From Candidatus Peribacteria bacterium RIFOXYB1_FULL_54_35 (GTDB lineage: Bacteria; Patescibacteriota; Gracilibacteria; Peribacterales; Peribacteraceae), in NCBI GenBank assembly GCA_001787755.1, contig MFYJ01000007.1, positions 146,585 through 210,584 of the forward strand: DNA of 64,000 nt, read 5' to 3'. The position numbers and the translations under genes were made by a program. The notes under the pieces were generated by a model that ran no database searches, was not told the DNA's origin, and saw only the letters and a list, made by a program, of their open reading frames with translations. Shown one piece after another: positions 8,175-17,851 of this stretch (its first letter is position 1; every line of letters starts with the position of its first letter).

Positions 8175-8271
8175 ATGTAGTATGTCGTATATTGTATGTG
8201 GTATGTGGGTTTTTCTTCTTGTCTTGCTCGTGGGATGTGGCCTACATACGACATTCCACATACGACATACC
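8175..8271. repeat. intergenic hairpin element with tandem heptamer arms (TATGTNG)
   Basis: Left arm ATGTAGTATGTCGTATATTGTATGTGGTATGTGGG. Right arm CCTACATACGACATTCCACATACGACATACC. It lies between divergent genes. Confidence 0.8.
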
Positions 8272-8317
8272 TTTGCCGCTATTCGACAGGTACTTTCTTC
8301 TCGGGCATGCTGAACCC

Positions 8318-9277
8318 GTGAAGCATCTTGTTCTCATCGACGGCCATCACCTCATGTACCGCGCGTACTGGGCCATTCCCCGCACGCTGAAGACGAGCAG
8401 TGGCGAGCTTACCAACGCGGTATTTGGCGTTGCTTCCATGCTGCTTAACATTCTGAAGCGCGAGGAACCCGATGCGCTCCTCTTCTGTTTCGATGCGGGG
8501 GAGGAGACATTTCGTCACCAGGAGAACAAGACATATAAGGAGGGGAGAGCGGAGACGCCGGATGAATTCTACGAGCAGATCCCCCGCATTCTGGAGATGA
8601 TCGATGTTTTTGCCTTTTCTGCGGTTTCCAATCCGCAGTACGAGGCGGATGATTTTCTCGGTGCCTACACGAAGGCGGGGGAGGCCGCGGGTATGCGTGT
8701 CACTATTGTCACAGGGGACCGTGATTGCCTGCAGCTTGCGGGTGAGAAGACACGTATTGCCATCCCGCACAAAGGATACCAACAGGTGGAGTATCTGGAT
8801 CCTGTTGGGGTGGAAGCGAAGTTCGGCGTCCGCCCGGATCAGGTTGCTTCCTATAAGGGACTCTGCGGAGACGCATCCGATAATCTTCCCGGCGTGCATG
8901 GCATAGGTCCCAAGACTGCGGCGGCTCTTCTGCAGCAGTTCGATTCGCTCAAGGGAATCTACGATCATTTGGAGGATGTGAAGCCTTCCTGGCGTGAGAA
9001 GCTGGAGCAGGGGAAGGAGCAGGCTTTCTTCTGCGAGCGCATGGCAACGCTCGTGTGCGACATGCCGCTCCCTGTTTCCCTCAAAGAGACTGCACTCACT
9101 CAGCTCCCGTACAAACCGGTGCTCGAATTCTTTACGAAGATGGAATTCACGGCACTCACCAAGAGGTTCCAGTCTCTTGCAGAGAGTTCCTTTGGCTCCG
9201 GGAAGTTTGAGGAACGGGAAGTGAGTGCTCCGCTACAGCTGGAGAGTGAAACAGGAGAGCAGATGGCGTTTCTTTAA
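8318..9277 (+). CDS. 5'-3' exonuclease (Pol I N-terminal / FEN-like)
   Basis: KHLVLIDGHHLMYRAYWA, YEADDFLG, TGDRDCLQL and GVHGIGPKTAAALL motifs. The track ORF from 7658 is antisense to the previous gene, so the start was moved to the GTG at 8318 (start uncertain). Confidence 0.85.
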   Translation: MKHLVLIDGHHLMYRAYWAIPRTLKTSSGELTNAVFGVASMLLNILKREEPDALLFCFDAGEETFRHQENKTYKEGRAETPDEFYEQIPRILEMIDVFAFSAVSNPQYEADDFLGAYTKAGEAAGMRVTIVTGDRDCLQLAGEKTRIAIPHKGYQQVEYLDPVGVEAKFGVRPDQVASYKGLCGDASDNLPGVHGIGPKTAAALLQQFDSLKGIYDHLEDVKPSWREKLEQGKEQAFFCERMATLVCDMPLPVSLKETALTQLPYKPVLEFFTKMEFTALTKRFQSLAESSFGSGKFEEREVSAPLQLESETGEQMAFL

Positions 9278-9658
9278 TACTGTTCCTCGCTCGTTCGTTG
9301 GTTTGATGCAAGCGGCTTATGAGCAAACGAGTGAACAAAGTCTGGGAACAGGTGTTGATTTTTCTTTTGGAGGAGGAGAAAGGTGCTTCAAAGTTGTGCA
9401 CAATTGGTACTCAGCAGTTTTTCAGTGGATAATTTTGTGATTCAAAAAAATGAATAGCCCTTCAGTAAGCCAAAAAATGTGATCTCATTCTTTGTTCACA
9501 AACGTGATTTGTGAATACCAAAGGTAGTCATGAGCCTCTTGCGGAGCAGTTTTGCCCTTGCGTAGACTTCGCATGTAAAGAAGTGATCCGATCAGAGTCT
9601 TTCGCCGTCACTCTTTCTGGCGCACCCTTTATTCCACACCCTTCTCACCCAACCGACT

Positions 9659-10891
9659 ATGTCTAAAGAACGTGTACTCGCGAGTCTCGACATCGGGAGC
9701 GCAAAAATCCGAACTGTTGTTGCCGTCGTGGACGGAGAGAGGGGCCAGCAGGTTCCGAATGTCATTGGTGTCGGCATCTCGCCGTCGCTGGGGATGCGGA
9801 AGGGGAATGTGATAGACGTTGAGGAGCTGATCCACAACATTATCTCCTCCCTCGAAGATGCGGAGAGGATGGCGGGAGTCCCCATTAACCATGTGTACGT
9901 CGGGATGAGCGGATCCCATATAGAGGCATTCGACAGCCGCGGGGTCATTGCTATCTCCGGTTCCGAAATCACCATGGATGATGTCGGCCGCGTGCTGGAG
10001 GCCGCGCAGGCGGTGAGTATTCCCGCGAACCGGCGTATTCTCCATATCGAGCCCAAGTCCTACACAGTCGACGAACAACGTGGTATCAAGAATCCTGTGG
10101 GAATGACGGGTATCCGTCTGGAGGTGGAAGCTCACATCATCACGGGACATGTGCAGCATGTGAAGAATCTGGAGAAGTGCGTGGACCAGGCGGGTGTGGA
10201 TATCGACGACCTTGTTCCTGCGACCATCGGGGCTGCGGAGGCGGTGCTGAGCAAGCGCCAGAAGGAGTTGGGCGTGGTGGTCATCGACATTGGAGCAGGG
10301 TGCACGAGCGTGGTGATATTCGAGGAGGGGACCATCCTCCATTCCGTCTCTCTTCCCATCGGGGGTGAGAGTGTGACCAATGACATTGCCATCGGGCTCC
10401 GCACATCCATCGATACCGCGGAGAAGATCAAGATTGAGTTCGGTTCGGTGCTCCCCGAGGAAATCTCTGAGCGCGAGATGATTGATCTCTCCTCTGTGAG
10501 CAAAGTGGATACGCAAACCGTGAGCAAACGTTACATGGCGGAGATCATGCAGGCGCGGTACTACGAAGTGTTCTCCCTCGTGAAGCAGGAGCTTGAGCGC
10601 ATCGGGCGCAGCGGTATGCTCCCTGCGGGCGTGCTGCTCACCGGCGCCGCTTCCAAAGCTCCCGGGGTGCTGGATCTCTCCCGCGATGTGCTTGGTCTCC
10701 CCGTGCAGATGGGTTTTCCGGTGGATGTAGGAGGTGTGATTGAAAAAGTTGATGATCCTGCCTATGCCACTGCGCTTGGTGCGCTGGTCTGGGGCATGCG
10801 CGAGGGCGAGAGTGTCCAGCGCATGGGGTCTTTCCAAATGAAGCGTGCAGCACAACAGGTGGGCGCCTGGTTCAAGAGCCTCCTTCCTTAG
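9659..10891 (+). CDS. ftsA: cell division protein FtsA
   Basis: 410 aa, actin-like ATPase pattern (LDIGSAKIRTVV, VVIDIGAGCTS), directly upstream of ftsZ. Confidence 0.95.
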   Translation: MSKERVLASLDIGSAKIRTVVAVVDGERGQQVPNVIGVGISPSLGMRKGNVIDVEELIHNIISSLEDAERMAGVPINHVYVGMSGSHIEAFDSRGVIAISGSEITMDDVGRVLEAAQAVSIPANRRILHIEPKSYTVDEQRGIKNPVGMTGIRLEVEAHIITGHVQHVKNLEKCVDQAGVDIDDLVPATIGAAEAVLSKRQKELGVVVIDIGAGCTSVVIFEEGTILHSVSLPIGGESVTNDIAIGLRTSIDTAEKIKIEFGSVLPEEISEREMIDLSSVSKVDTQTVSKRYMAEIMQARYYEVFSLVKQELERIGRSGMLPAGVLLTGAASKAPGVLDLSRDVLGLPVQMGFPVDVGGVIEKVDDPAYATALGALVWGMREGESVQRMGSFQMKRAAQQVGAWFKSLLP

Positions 10892-10918
10892 TACTTGCTT
10901 TCCTACCCACTCCTCATC

Positions 10919-12199
10919 ATGTCCGACACACTTCGTTCTCTCTTCAGCGGCAGCAGCGGCGGTGGCAGTAATGGTTCTGCTGGTGACCGTTCCGCTGGTT
11001 CCGGCTCCTCGTCCTCGTCCTCGTCCTCCTCTTCTTCGCGCGAGGTGCGTCCGGATGTTTCACCTGGGGCAGATATCCGCGTCCTTGGCGCGGGCGGCGG
11101 CGGCGCCAATGCAGTGCGCCGCATGCTGGAGGCAAAGGTGCAGGGGGTTGAATTCATTGCAGTGAATACCGATGTGCAGGCGCTCTACCACAATCCTGCG
11201 CCCAAGAAGATCACCATCGGGCGGGGAACGACGCGCGGCCTCGGGGCAGGAGCGAATCCTGCCGTGGGCAAGAAGGCGGCAGAGGAAAGCAGCGAGGAGA
11301 TCAAGTCTGCCCTCGAAGGTGCAGATATGCTCTTCATTACCGCCGGTCTCGGCGGAGGGACGGGGAGTGGCAGCGTGCCGATCATTGCCGAAATTGCCCG
11401 GAGCATGGATATCCTCACGGTTGCAGTTGTCACCAAACCCTTCAGCTTTGAGGGGCTCAAGCGCAAGCACCAGTGCGATGAGGCACTGGAGAACCTGCGG
11501 GGGAAAGTAGACACCCTCATCACCATTCCGAATGACAAGATCCTCTCTCTCATCGACAAGACCACGCCGCTCACAGAAGCGTTCGCCGTGGTGGATGAAG
11601 TCCTTCAGCATGCCATAGAAGGCATTGCCAGCCTCATTACCGTGCACGGTCTCGTGAACGTGGACTTCGCAGACGTGAAATCCATCATGCGGGATGCCGG
11701 CACGTCCCTCATGGGCATCGGCTACGGCACCGGCGACAACCGGGCGGCGGAAGCTGCTCGCGCAGCGGTGGACAGCCCGCTCCTCGAGCTCTCCATTACC
11801 GGCGCCAAGGGTGTGCTCTTCAATATCACGGGCGGGAACGATCTCTCCATGTACGAGGTCGACGAGGCGGCACGCATCATCACCGAAGCCGCGGATCCGG
11901 AGGCGAACATTATCTTCGGTGCGGTGATAGACGAGAACTTTACCGGCGAAGTGAAGTGTACGGTGATTGCAACGGGCTTTGAGCCGGCACCGGACATCAC
12001 ATCGTTCAAGGCGGCTCCCGGAGTGCTCAAGAAATCTTTCGCTTCTCCCCATGGCCTCTCTGCGTTCTCCTCTTCCGAGGATCTGGATGCAGAAGAGTCG
12101 AGGAAGCGCCCATTCCTGGAGGCGAAGTCCACGGCCATGGAATTGAATGAAGAGGAGCTGGAGGTCCCGGCTTTCATGCGAAAGCCCATCAGTAAGTAA
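10919..12199 (+). CDS. ftsZ: cell division protein FtsZ with low-complexity Ser/Gly N-terminal extension
   Basis: GAGGGGANAV, NTDVQAL and the tubulin signature GLGGGTGSG. First ATG at 10919; the track start at 10895 is a non-ATG codon. Confidence 0.95.
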   Translation: MSDTLRSLFSGSSGGGSNGSAGDRSAGSGSSSSSSSSSSSREVRPDVSPGADIRVLGAGGGGANAVRRMLEAKVQGVEFIAVNTDVQALYHNPAPKKITIGRGTTRGLGAGANPAVGKKAAEESSEEIKSALEGADMLFITAGLGGGTGSGSVPIIAEIARSMDILTVAVVTKPFSFEGLKRKHQCDEALENLRGKVDTLITIPNDKILSLIDKTTPLTEAFAVVDEVLQHAIEGIASLITVHGLVNVDFADVKSIMRDAGTSLMGIGYGTGDNRAAEAARAAVDSPLLELSITGAKGVLFNITGGNDLSMYEVDEAARIITEAADPEANIIFGAVIDENFTGEVKCTVIATGFEPAPDITSFKAAPGVLKKSFASPHGLSAFSSSEDLDAEESRKRPFLEAKSTAMELNEEELEVPAFMRKPISK

Positions 12200-12301
12200 C
12201 AGATCGGACGGTCCGATCCGAGGGGGGAAGCGTGAGCTTCTCCTCTTGCTTCGGATGTGTATCTCACGTTGGCTCGTTGGCTCGTTCTTCGGCGATGGGT
12301 T

Positions 12302-12525
12302 GTCACTGGTCGCTTGTCTCTCGTCACTGGTCATTAGGTGCTGTTCACATAAACACTTCATAAAGACGTCAAAATTCCTTCCCCTCCCGACGGGAGGGGA
12401 TTGAGGGGAGGGGGTACGCTCCCCCTCTCCCTCACCCTCTCCCCAAGGGAGAGGGAATAATGTTCCACTGGAACGAACGTATAATGTGAACACCACTTGG
12501 TGATTAGCGACTAGTGACCAGTGAC
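12302..12525. repeat. composite intergenic palindrome between convergent ftsZ and dut
   Basis: Outer arms GTCACTGGTC...CATTAGGTGCTGTTCACAT and ATGTGAACACCAC...GTGACCAGTGAC. The centre holds three G/C hairpins (CCCCTCCCGACGGGAGGGG, GGGGAGGGGGTACGCTCCCCCTCTCCC, CCCTCTCCCCAAGGGAGAGGG). Confidence 0.8.
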
Positions 12526-12984
12526 TGCTGTGTACTCTTTCTTCTCTTCGCGGTGTGTTCCTGTGGACCCAAACCCTCCGCGCGTCTGCGCACCGTGGTT
12601 CTCCACTTCCTTCCACTCAGCCCTGTCCACACGGACGAAGAGCCCCTGGGCGATGCGCTCACCGCGCTCCACCGTCACTGGCTCCTGCGAAACATTCTGC
12701 ACCTGAACGAGGATTTCATCCTCCGCTCCGTGGTAGTCCTGGTCTATGACTCCGATGCTGTGCGGACATACCAATCCTTTCTTGCGGGGGAGGGAGGAAC
12801 GGGGCGAAATGAGGAGCAGGTACCCCTCCGGCACCTTCACGATCACGTTGCCCGGCACGAGGCCGATCTTTCCCGGTGCAATCACCGTCGTCTCCCGCGT
12901 GATGAGGTCGAACCCCACGGATCCCTCCGTTTCGTACTGCGGGAGGGGGAGGGAAGGGTCGATGCGCTGTATTGCCACCTGCAT
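12511..12984 (-). CDS. dut: dUTP diphosphatase
   Basis: GSVGFDL, GVIDQDYHGE-like and RIAQGLF motifs. Start moved to the ATG at 12984 because the track N-terminus is translated repeat sequence. Confidence 0.9.
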   Translation of the reverse strand: MQVAIQRIDPSLPLPQYETEGSVGFDLITRETTVIAPGKIGLVPGNVIVKVPEGYLLLISPRSSLPRKKGLVCPHSIGVIDQDYHGAEDEILVQVQNVSQEPVTVERGERIAQGLFVRVDRAEWKEVENHGAQTRGGFGSTGTHREEKKEYTAVTGH

Positions 12985-13033
12985 GTTTCCAGTATGCCTG
13001 TGGCAGGGGGTGCTGTACATCATTCTCTTCGAT

Positions 13034-13156
13034 AGCTGTAGCTTGTAGTTGGTAGTTTGTAGGTTGTAGGAATGACAAGGCATCAAGGTTTAAAACCTCG
13101 TCCTTTGGAACCTTGGCAGTTCTTATGGATTTCCTACAAGCTACAACCTACAAGCT
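13034..13156. repeat. GTAGNTT-heptamer hairpin element, family copy 1 of 4
   Basis: Arms AGCTGTAGCTTGTAGTTGGTAGTTTGTAGGTTGTAGG and CCTACAAGCTACAACCTACAAGCT. The core AATGACAAGGCATCAAGGTTT...TCCTTTGGAACCTTGG is homologous to copy 3 in the opposite orientation. Confidence 0.9.
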
Positions 13157-13167
13157 CAAAGTAAAGG

Positions 13168-16100
13168 TCATGCGGTGCTCCTGAAGCGGCTGGCGAAGTA
13201 TTCCCGCGTGTTATCCTCTGTGAGCCATCCTTCCGCTTTATCTGCATAGTTCTCTTCCCGGAAGTGGTCCGCGAACTTCTTGAGGCATTTCTTCACGACG
13301 TCGGGTCTCTGCATGATGGTTTCCTGGAGTTGTCCCATGATGTCCCTCGCCTCTTCGTAACGGCTTTCCTGTTGTGTGGGGATGTACCGGGTCCTGTCGG
13401 ATTCTTCCAGGTGTTCCATGTTTTCTCTCCGGATGAGGTTGCCTGCGTTGATATGCGTGTAGCGGCTGAAGTCAAAGCCGCTCTCCTGCACAACATTGAA
13501 GACGAAGTCGTTCTGCGGCGTGCGGTACTTCGCCACGGTGAGATTGCTCGTGGAGGGGCCGGTGCCGTTGTCGATGTGGTCCCACGTGAGTACCGGGCGG
13601 TCGCCCTTGCTCGCGTTGCGCGTGAAGATGTTGTCCATGTGGATGTACGCGACAATCGCTTTGGCTGCCTCGTGCATGTCTCTGTCCGTGAATTGCGCGA
13701 CATTATCCTCCTCCATCTGGACCAGCCGCGCGAGCGCCTTGAACTTGGTGCCGAACCCCGTGTAGGAGTTGCGCACGGCTTCCGGGCTCAGTTTCTCGCG
13801 CGTGCCGCTCACCATACCTGTCATGCGGTCGATGTTCGTCCAGTCCGCCTGGGAGACGAGTGTCGGCACGTCCTCGTGGTCCAGGTTCTCCGCACGGACG
13901 CCGGAGATGGCCTTGGAAATACGCTCGCGCGTGCTCTCCACGCGCATGACTTCCAGATGGAGCCAGAGCGTTGTTTTGGGGCCGTAGTCGAAGGGTTTTC
14001 CGGGTTCCTCCAGCCTCTCGTTGAGCGCCTGTACTTCCGGGAGGGTGTTATTTTTCTTGTAGAAGTAGTCCAGCCACGGGTACCGGCTGAGAATGCCGCT
14101 CGTCTCGCCCGCCATGGTACGGAGCCGGTCGATGGAGAGCAGTCCCACTGCCACGCCCCTCACGAGGTAGAAGAGTTTGCCCTCCATGGTCATCTTCCCA
14201 TTGCGCATGGAGTAGTCGAGGATTTCTTCGTAGAGGTGGGGGTTCAAGTCCGTGGAGGCCCCGCGTCCGGTCCGCTTGTCTTCCCACAGTACGAGCTGGT
14301 TGATGAGTTCCCTCTCGAGTCCCCCCTGTATGTTCGAGAGCTGATCGACCATGGCAGTGAACTTTTCTTTACCGCTCTTCACCGCTCCGTCGTTCGCCTG
14401 CCGCCAGGTGGTGTAGAGGTCCTGGCCTCCCCAGATGTCGGAGATCAGCTTACGGAGCCATTTGTCCCGCAGCACGTCGTCGTTCCGGCAGGCGTGAATG
14501 GGCATGCTGAAATTGGAGAGGGCATTGAGCGTGTCCCACATCTTCTCGTTGCTCCACTCCATGCGGCCGCGGTCCGTGAGGAGCATGAATATCGCCTTGG
14601 CCTGGTCTTTATTGCGCACCTGCCCGAGCATTCTCAGCAGATAGTAGGAGGAGAAATCATCGAATTTTTCCTTCCATTCGTTCACTTCCTTCGTTTCTGA
14701 ATCCCGGTCCCTGCGCAGGAACTCATCCTGCAGCCTGCCGACGTAGGGCGTGTCCTTGGGAATGAGCTTGGTAATCGCGTAGCCCAGGGATGCCTGCTTG
14801 GAATCCCCTCGGCGGGTCCAGTAGCGGTTGAGGTCTTCCCATCCCTGCTTGAACATCCTCACCACGTCCATGATGCTCACGAAGTTGAAATCGTGGAAGA
14901 TGGCGCGCCAGTCCTTCTTCCCCCCGGCTCCCGCCTTGGAGATGCTCACCTTTTCCCCGCGGATGTTCTCCAGTTCTTTCAGCAGCGGATCGAGCTTGTT
15001 TTTGATGTACTTGATTGCCTGACTGACTCCTCCCGGCGTCGCCCTTCCTGCCTGGAATTCCTGCTGCACCATGCGGTGCGTCTGGTCGAAATTGTCGTAG
15101 ATCGGTCTGATGGTGTTCCCGTACTCCGGGAACGAGTCTGCGAAGACTCTCACTTTCTCTATTCCTCTCCGGAGGTCGATGAGTCCCGTATTGATGTCGA
15201 GCATGCCGGCTTCGGCAGATTCATCTCCGCCTCCATGTGGAGCGCCTGTGGTTCCGCCATCTCCGATACTCTCTCTTGAGAGGTACATCACGTCTGATTC
15301 TCCAATCTGTGCCTCACGGAGTACTCCTGTATCGATCTGTCGCAGCTCTTCGGGTTCCATTATTTCTTCAATGTGTTGATAGAGGGCAATTTGCTCAGGA
15401 TCAGTACTGTCTGTTGGCCGGCCCCTCTCCACCCAGAATGCGTACTGGTTGAGGAGCTCATCCATGAGGCGTTCCTGGTATCGCTCTTGGGCAAGCGCCT
15501 GAGCCTGCTCCTCGTTTCCGCCCGTTTCCCGGCGTGCCCGTTCAAGTATCATTTGCCATTTCTGTTCCACATGCCACTTTCTTGCCTGTTTCCCCAGGAG
15601 CTCACGAAATGTGTGTTCCTGACCGGGGAGCTGGTTTGCAGGGGTAGTGCCATCCAGTAATTCGCTGGTACGAATAAGGATTCCCTCAAAGAGGCCGGTT
15701 CTGCGCGTGAGTATGTCCACAATTATGTGTCCCTTCTCATGTTCTATGACATGGTCAACATTCAGGTTCCTTGCGGTAATCTGTTGCATATTGAGCACGA
15801 GTTGCCCTGTGTCACGGTTGTAGATGGCAATTTCGTCTGGGCTGTCTGAACCAAGTTCTACAAATTGTCCGGGAGTATCTGCCCGGACAATGTTTTCGGA
15901 CACCCCTCGCAAGAGTTCCTCTGCTTCTGTGAGGTGCTGCACCGTATCCTGCGCGCTCTTCAGGGATTCCGTTCCCTCCGCAGTCCCTTCACCCTTCTTC
16001 GCGGCCTGGAGATTGATGCGAACAGTTGTGTACTGTTCCAAGAGGCCGTCTTCTATGTGCAGTACGCGGCACACGGTGTGCCGGAGGACGGGGAGATCGG

Positions 16101-17850
16101 CAAACCGTGCCTTCACCTCTCCGTACTCACGCTGCACGCGCTCCCGCTCATCCTCCGTATTTTCCATCTGCATGGACTCAAATTGCTCGTCCGCCTGCTC
16201 GGCCCGTTGCCGGAAGGATGTGTTGCTCAGTGTGTAGCAGAGCATGTTGATGCGCTGCTTTCCCTGCCTGCCTGCCACTTCCTGTTCCAGGAGATCGAAG
16301 TCGTCGCCGGTGGCTGTGCCGGTGGCCACTCGTTCCAGTCTTTTGAGGAGAGTCTCCAGTTGCTCTACCGCTTCTGCCGGCATCTGCTGCACGAAGCGGG
16401 ATTCCCTGCTCTTCAGTGCCTGGAGTGTCCTCTCGATTTTTCCGGATTTCCAGAGGTGGGTCGCCCAGGCGACAGTATCCCGATGATCCAGTCTCGCACT
16501 CTCGATTGCCTGGCCGAGCAGATCTTCTCCTGCAATCTCTTCGAGCAGACTGTAGCTATCTTCGGCGAACCGTTCAAAACCGGGGCTCTCCGGGGATGGG
16601 GGAGAGAAGATGATGCTCTCCAGCGGTTCCAGTGCTGCGACAACGGCCCTGCCGCCGAGCAGCGCCTGGCTCGCGCCGAAGCGTTGCAATGCAGAGCTGC
16701 TGTCCACCCCATCAAACTGCTCCTCACACTGATGGAGCATTCTTTCCCTCACCAGCTGTGCACGCTCCCTCAAATCTTCCCGGACGACTGTGCGCATTTC
16801 AATGAGTTGCTTTTGCAGAATGGAAATCTGCTCATCAAGCGTCCTTGCCGCGAGTTCGTCCTCGTTCGCAGCTGGTGTGCTGCTGAGGAAGAGGTGGAGG
16901 AGCTTGCGCCTGCGCAGCCATTGCTTTGCGGCATCGAAGCTCCGTACCCAGTGCGTACGAGAGAGTTTTCCCTCCTGGTTTAAAACGGCATTCGGGTCGT
17001 CATCCGTCCCTGTGTACTCCTCGCGGATGCGCTGATTCAGACGGGCACGGAGACGATCGCCTTCCGGAACACCGGATGTATCGAAGCTCGCCTCTTCCGG
17101 CAGGGCATTCTCCCTTCCGGTGAGGAACTGCATCACGCTCTGAATTTTTGCTTTGTCTGGCTGAAAATCCGTGTATCGGCCAGAGAGCCAGTCGGAGAGC
17201 GTGGGGTCAGCAATGGTGAGACCGCGTTCCCTGCATTGATCTCTCAGCCACTGCTCGGTACCCCGGAGGCGGCCGATATCGATGCTTCCAAGGCGGAGCC
17301 CGGGATGCGTGTCATTCAGTGCTTCTTCAATGTCCTGCAGTTTCTGCAACTGCTTGTCGAGGGTATTCGTGAAGTGCAGGAACGCTTCGGGGCTGCGCAG
17401 ACGCTCCACGGCTGCGGCGCGCAGTGCACCTGCTGCGTCTTCGTGGTCGCGCAGGTACCACACGATTTCGTGCAGCGGCAGATCCGGCTGGTTCAGCTGA
17501 TCTCTGTAGTACTCTTCGTTCTCTCTCCGCATTCTCTCTTCCACCTGCCGGCGCAGATCACCGTGGTCATGTTCCAGCAATGCGATGAGTCCGGAGGGTT
17601 GCCTGAGCATCGCATCTATTCTCTCCGGCGCGAGGATGCGGGTATTGATGCCTACATTCACGTTTGCCGCTATTGCAGAAACATCCGCTCCCCCAGCATG
17701 GGAACCTTCTGCGCCCCTCCTCTCTCCCTCCGGTCTTCCTTCCACATTCTGGCTTCCGCTCCCGCCCCCGGTGCTTACGCCGAGCAGACGTCCCTCCCTT
17801 TCGGGGTTGAGTTTGCGTGCGAAGTGATCATGTGTGCTGAAGGACAGCAT
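13168..17850 (-). CDS. very large hypothetical protein (about 1,560 aa) with an HExxH motif
   Basis: Single long ORF, E/R/L-rich. HEKGH is encoded at 15727-15741. The ATG at 17850 lies 1 nt after the stop of the upstream gene (TAAcATG). Confidence 0.85.
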   Translation of the reverse strand: MLSFSTHDHFARKLNPEREGRLLGVSTGGGSGSQNVEGRPEGERRGAEGSHAGGADVSAIAANVNVGINTRILAPERIDAMLRQPSGLIALLEHDHGDLRRQVEERMRRENEEYYRDQLNQPDLPLHEIVWYLRDHEDAAGALRAAAVERLRSPEAFLHFTNTLDKQLQKLQDIEEALNDTHPGLRLGSIDIGRLRGTEQWLRDQCRERGLTIADPTLSDWLSGRYTDFQPDKAKIQSVMQFLTGRENALPEEASFDTSGVPEGDRLRARLNQRIREEYTGTDDDPNAVLNQEGKLSRTHWVRSFDAAKQWLRRRKLLHLFLSSTPAANEDELAARTLDEQISILQKQLIEMRTVVREDLRERAQLVRERMLHQCEEQFDGVDSSSALQRFGASQALLGGRAVVAALEPLESIIFSPPSPESPGFERFAEDSYSLLEEIAGEDLLGQAIESARLDHRDTVAWATHLWKSGKIERTLQALKSRESRFVQQMPAEAVEQLETLLKRLERVATGTATGDDFDLLEQEVAGRQGKQRINMLCYTLSNTSFRQRAEQADEQFESMQMENTEDERERVQREYGEVKARFADLPVLRHTVCRVLHIEDGLLEQYTTVRINLQAAKKGEGTAEGTESLKSAQDTVQHLTEAEELLRGVSENIVRADTPGQFVELGSDSPDEIAIYNRDTGQLVLNMQQITARNLNVDHVIEHEKGHIIVDILTRRTGLFEGILIRTSELLDGTTPANQLPGQEHTFRELLGKQARKWHVEQKWQMILERARRETGGNEEQAQALAQERYQERLMDELLNQYAFWVERGRPTDSTDPEQIALYQHIEEIMEPEELRQIDTGVLREAQIGESDVMYLSRESIGDGGTTGAPHGGGDESAEAGMLDINTGLIDLRRGIEKVRVFADSFPEYGNTIRPIYDNFDQTHRMVQQEFQAGRATPGGVSQAIKYIKNKLDPLLKELENIRGEKVSISKAGAGGKKDWRAIFHDFNFVSIMDVVRMFKQGWEDLNRYWTRRGDSKQASLGYAITKLIPKDTPYVGRLQDEFLRRDRDSETKEVNEWKEKFDDFSSYYLLRMLGQVRNKDQAKAIFMLLTDRGRMEWSNEKMWDTLNALSNFSMPIHACRNDDVLRDKWLRKLISDIWGGQDLYTTWRQANDGAVKSGKEKFTAMVDQLSNIQGGLERELINQLVLWEDKRTGRGASTDLNPHLYEEILDYSMRNGKMTMEGKLFYLVRGVAVGLLSIDRLRTMAGETSGILSRYPWLDYFYKKNNTLPEVQALNERLEEPGKPFDYGPKTTLWLHLEVMRVESTRERISKAISGVRAENLDHEDVPTLVSQADWTNIDRMTGMVSGTREKLSPEAVRNSYTGFGTKFKALARLVQMEEDNVAQFTDRDMHEAAKAIVAYIHMDNIFTRNASKGDRPVLTWDHIDNGTGPSTSNLTVAKYRTPQNDFVFNVVQESGFDFSRYTHINAGNLIRRENMEHLEESDRTRYIPTQQESRYEEARDIMGQLQETIMQRPDVVKKCLKKFADHFREENYADKAEGWLTEDNTREYFASRFRSTA

Positions 17851-17851
17851 G

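Noticed and set aside
7658-8317. N-terminal 220 codons of the track ORF 7658-9277
   Set aside because: This part is antisense to the GlgA-like gene and crosses a repeat element. The conserved 5'-3' exonuclease sequence starts at about 8318.
9400-9530. AT-rich region upstream of ftsA as oriC (AGTGGATAA at 9423-9431 is a near DnaA box; TTCACAAA-cgtga-TTTGTGAA palindrome at about 9491-9511)
   Set aside because: There is only one box-like sequence, no cluster and no adjacent dnaA or dnaN. It may be an ftsA promoter or operator region, but the evidence is too thin to call.
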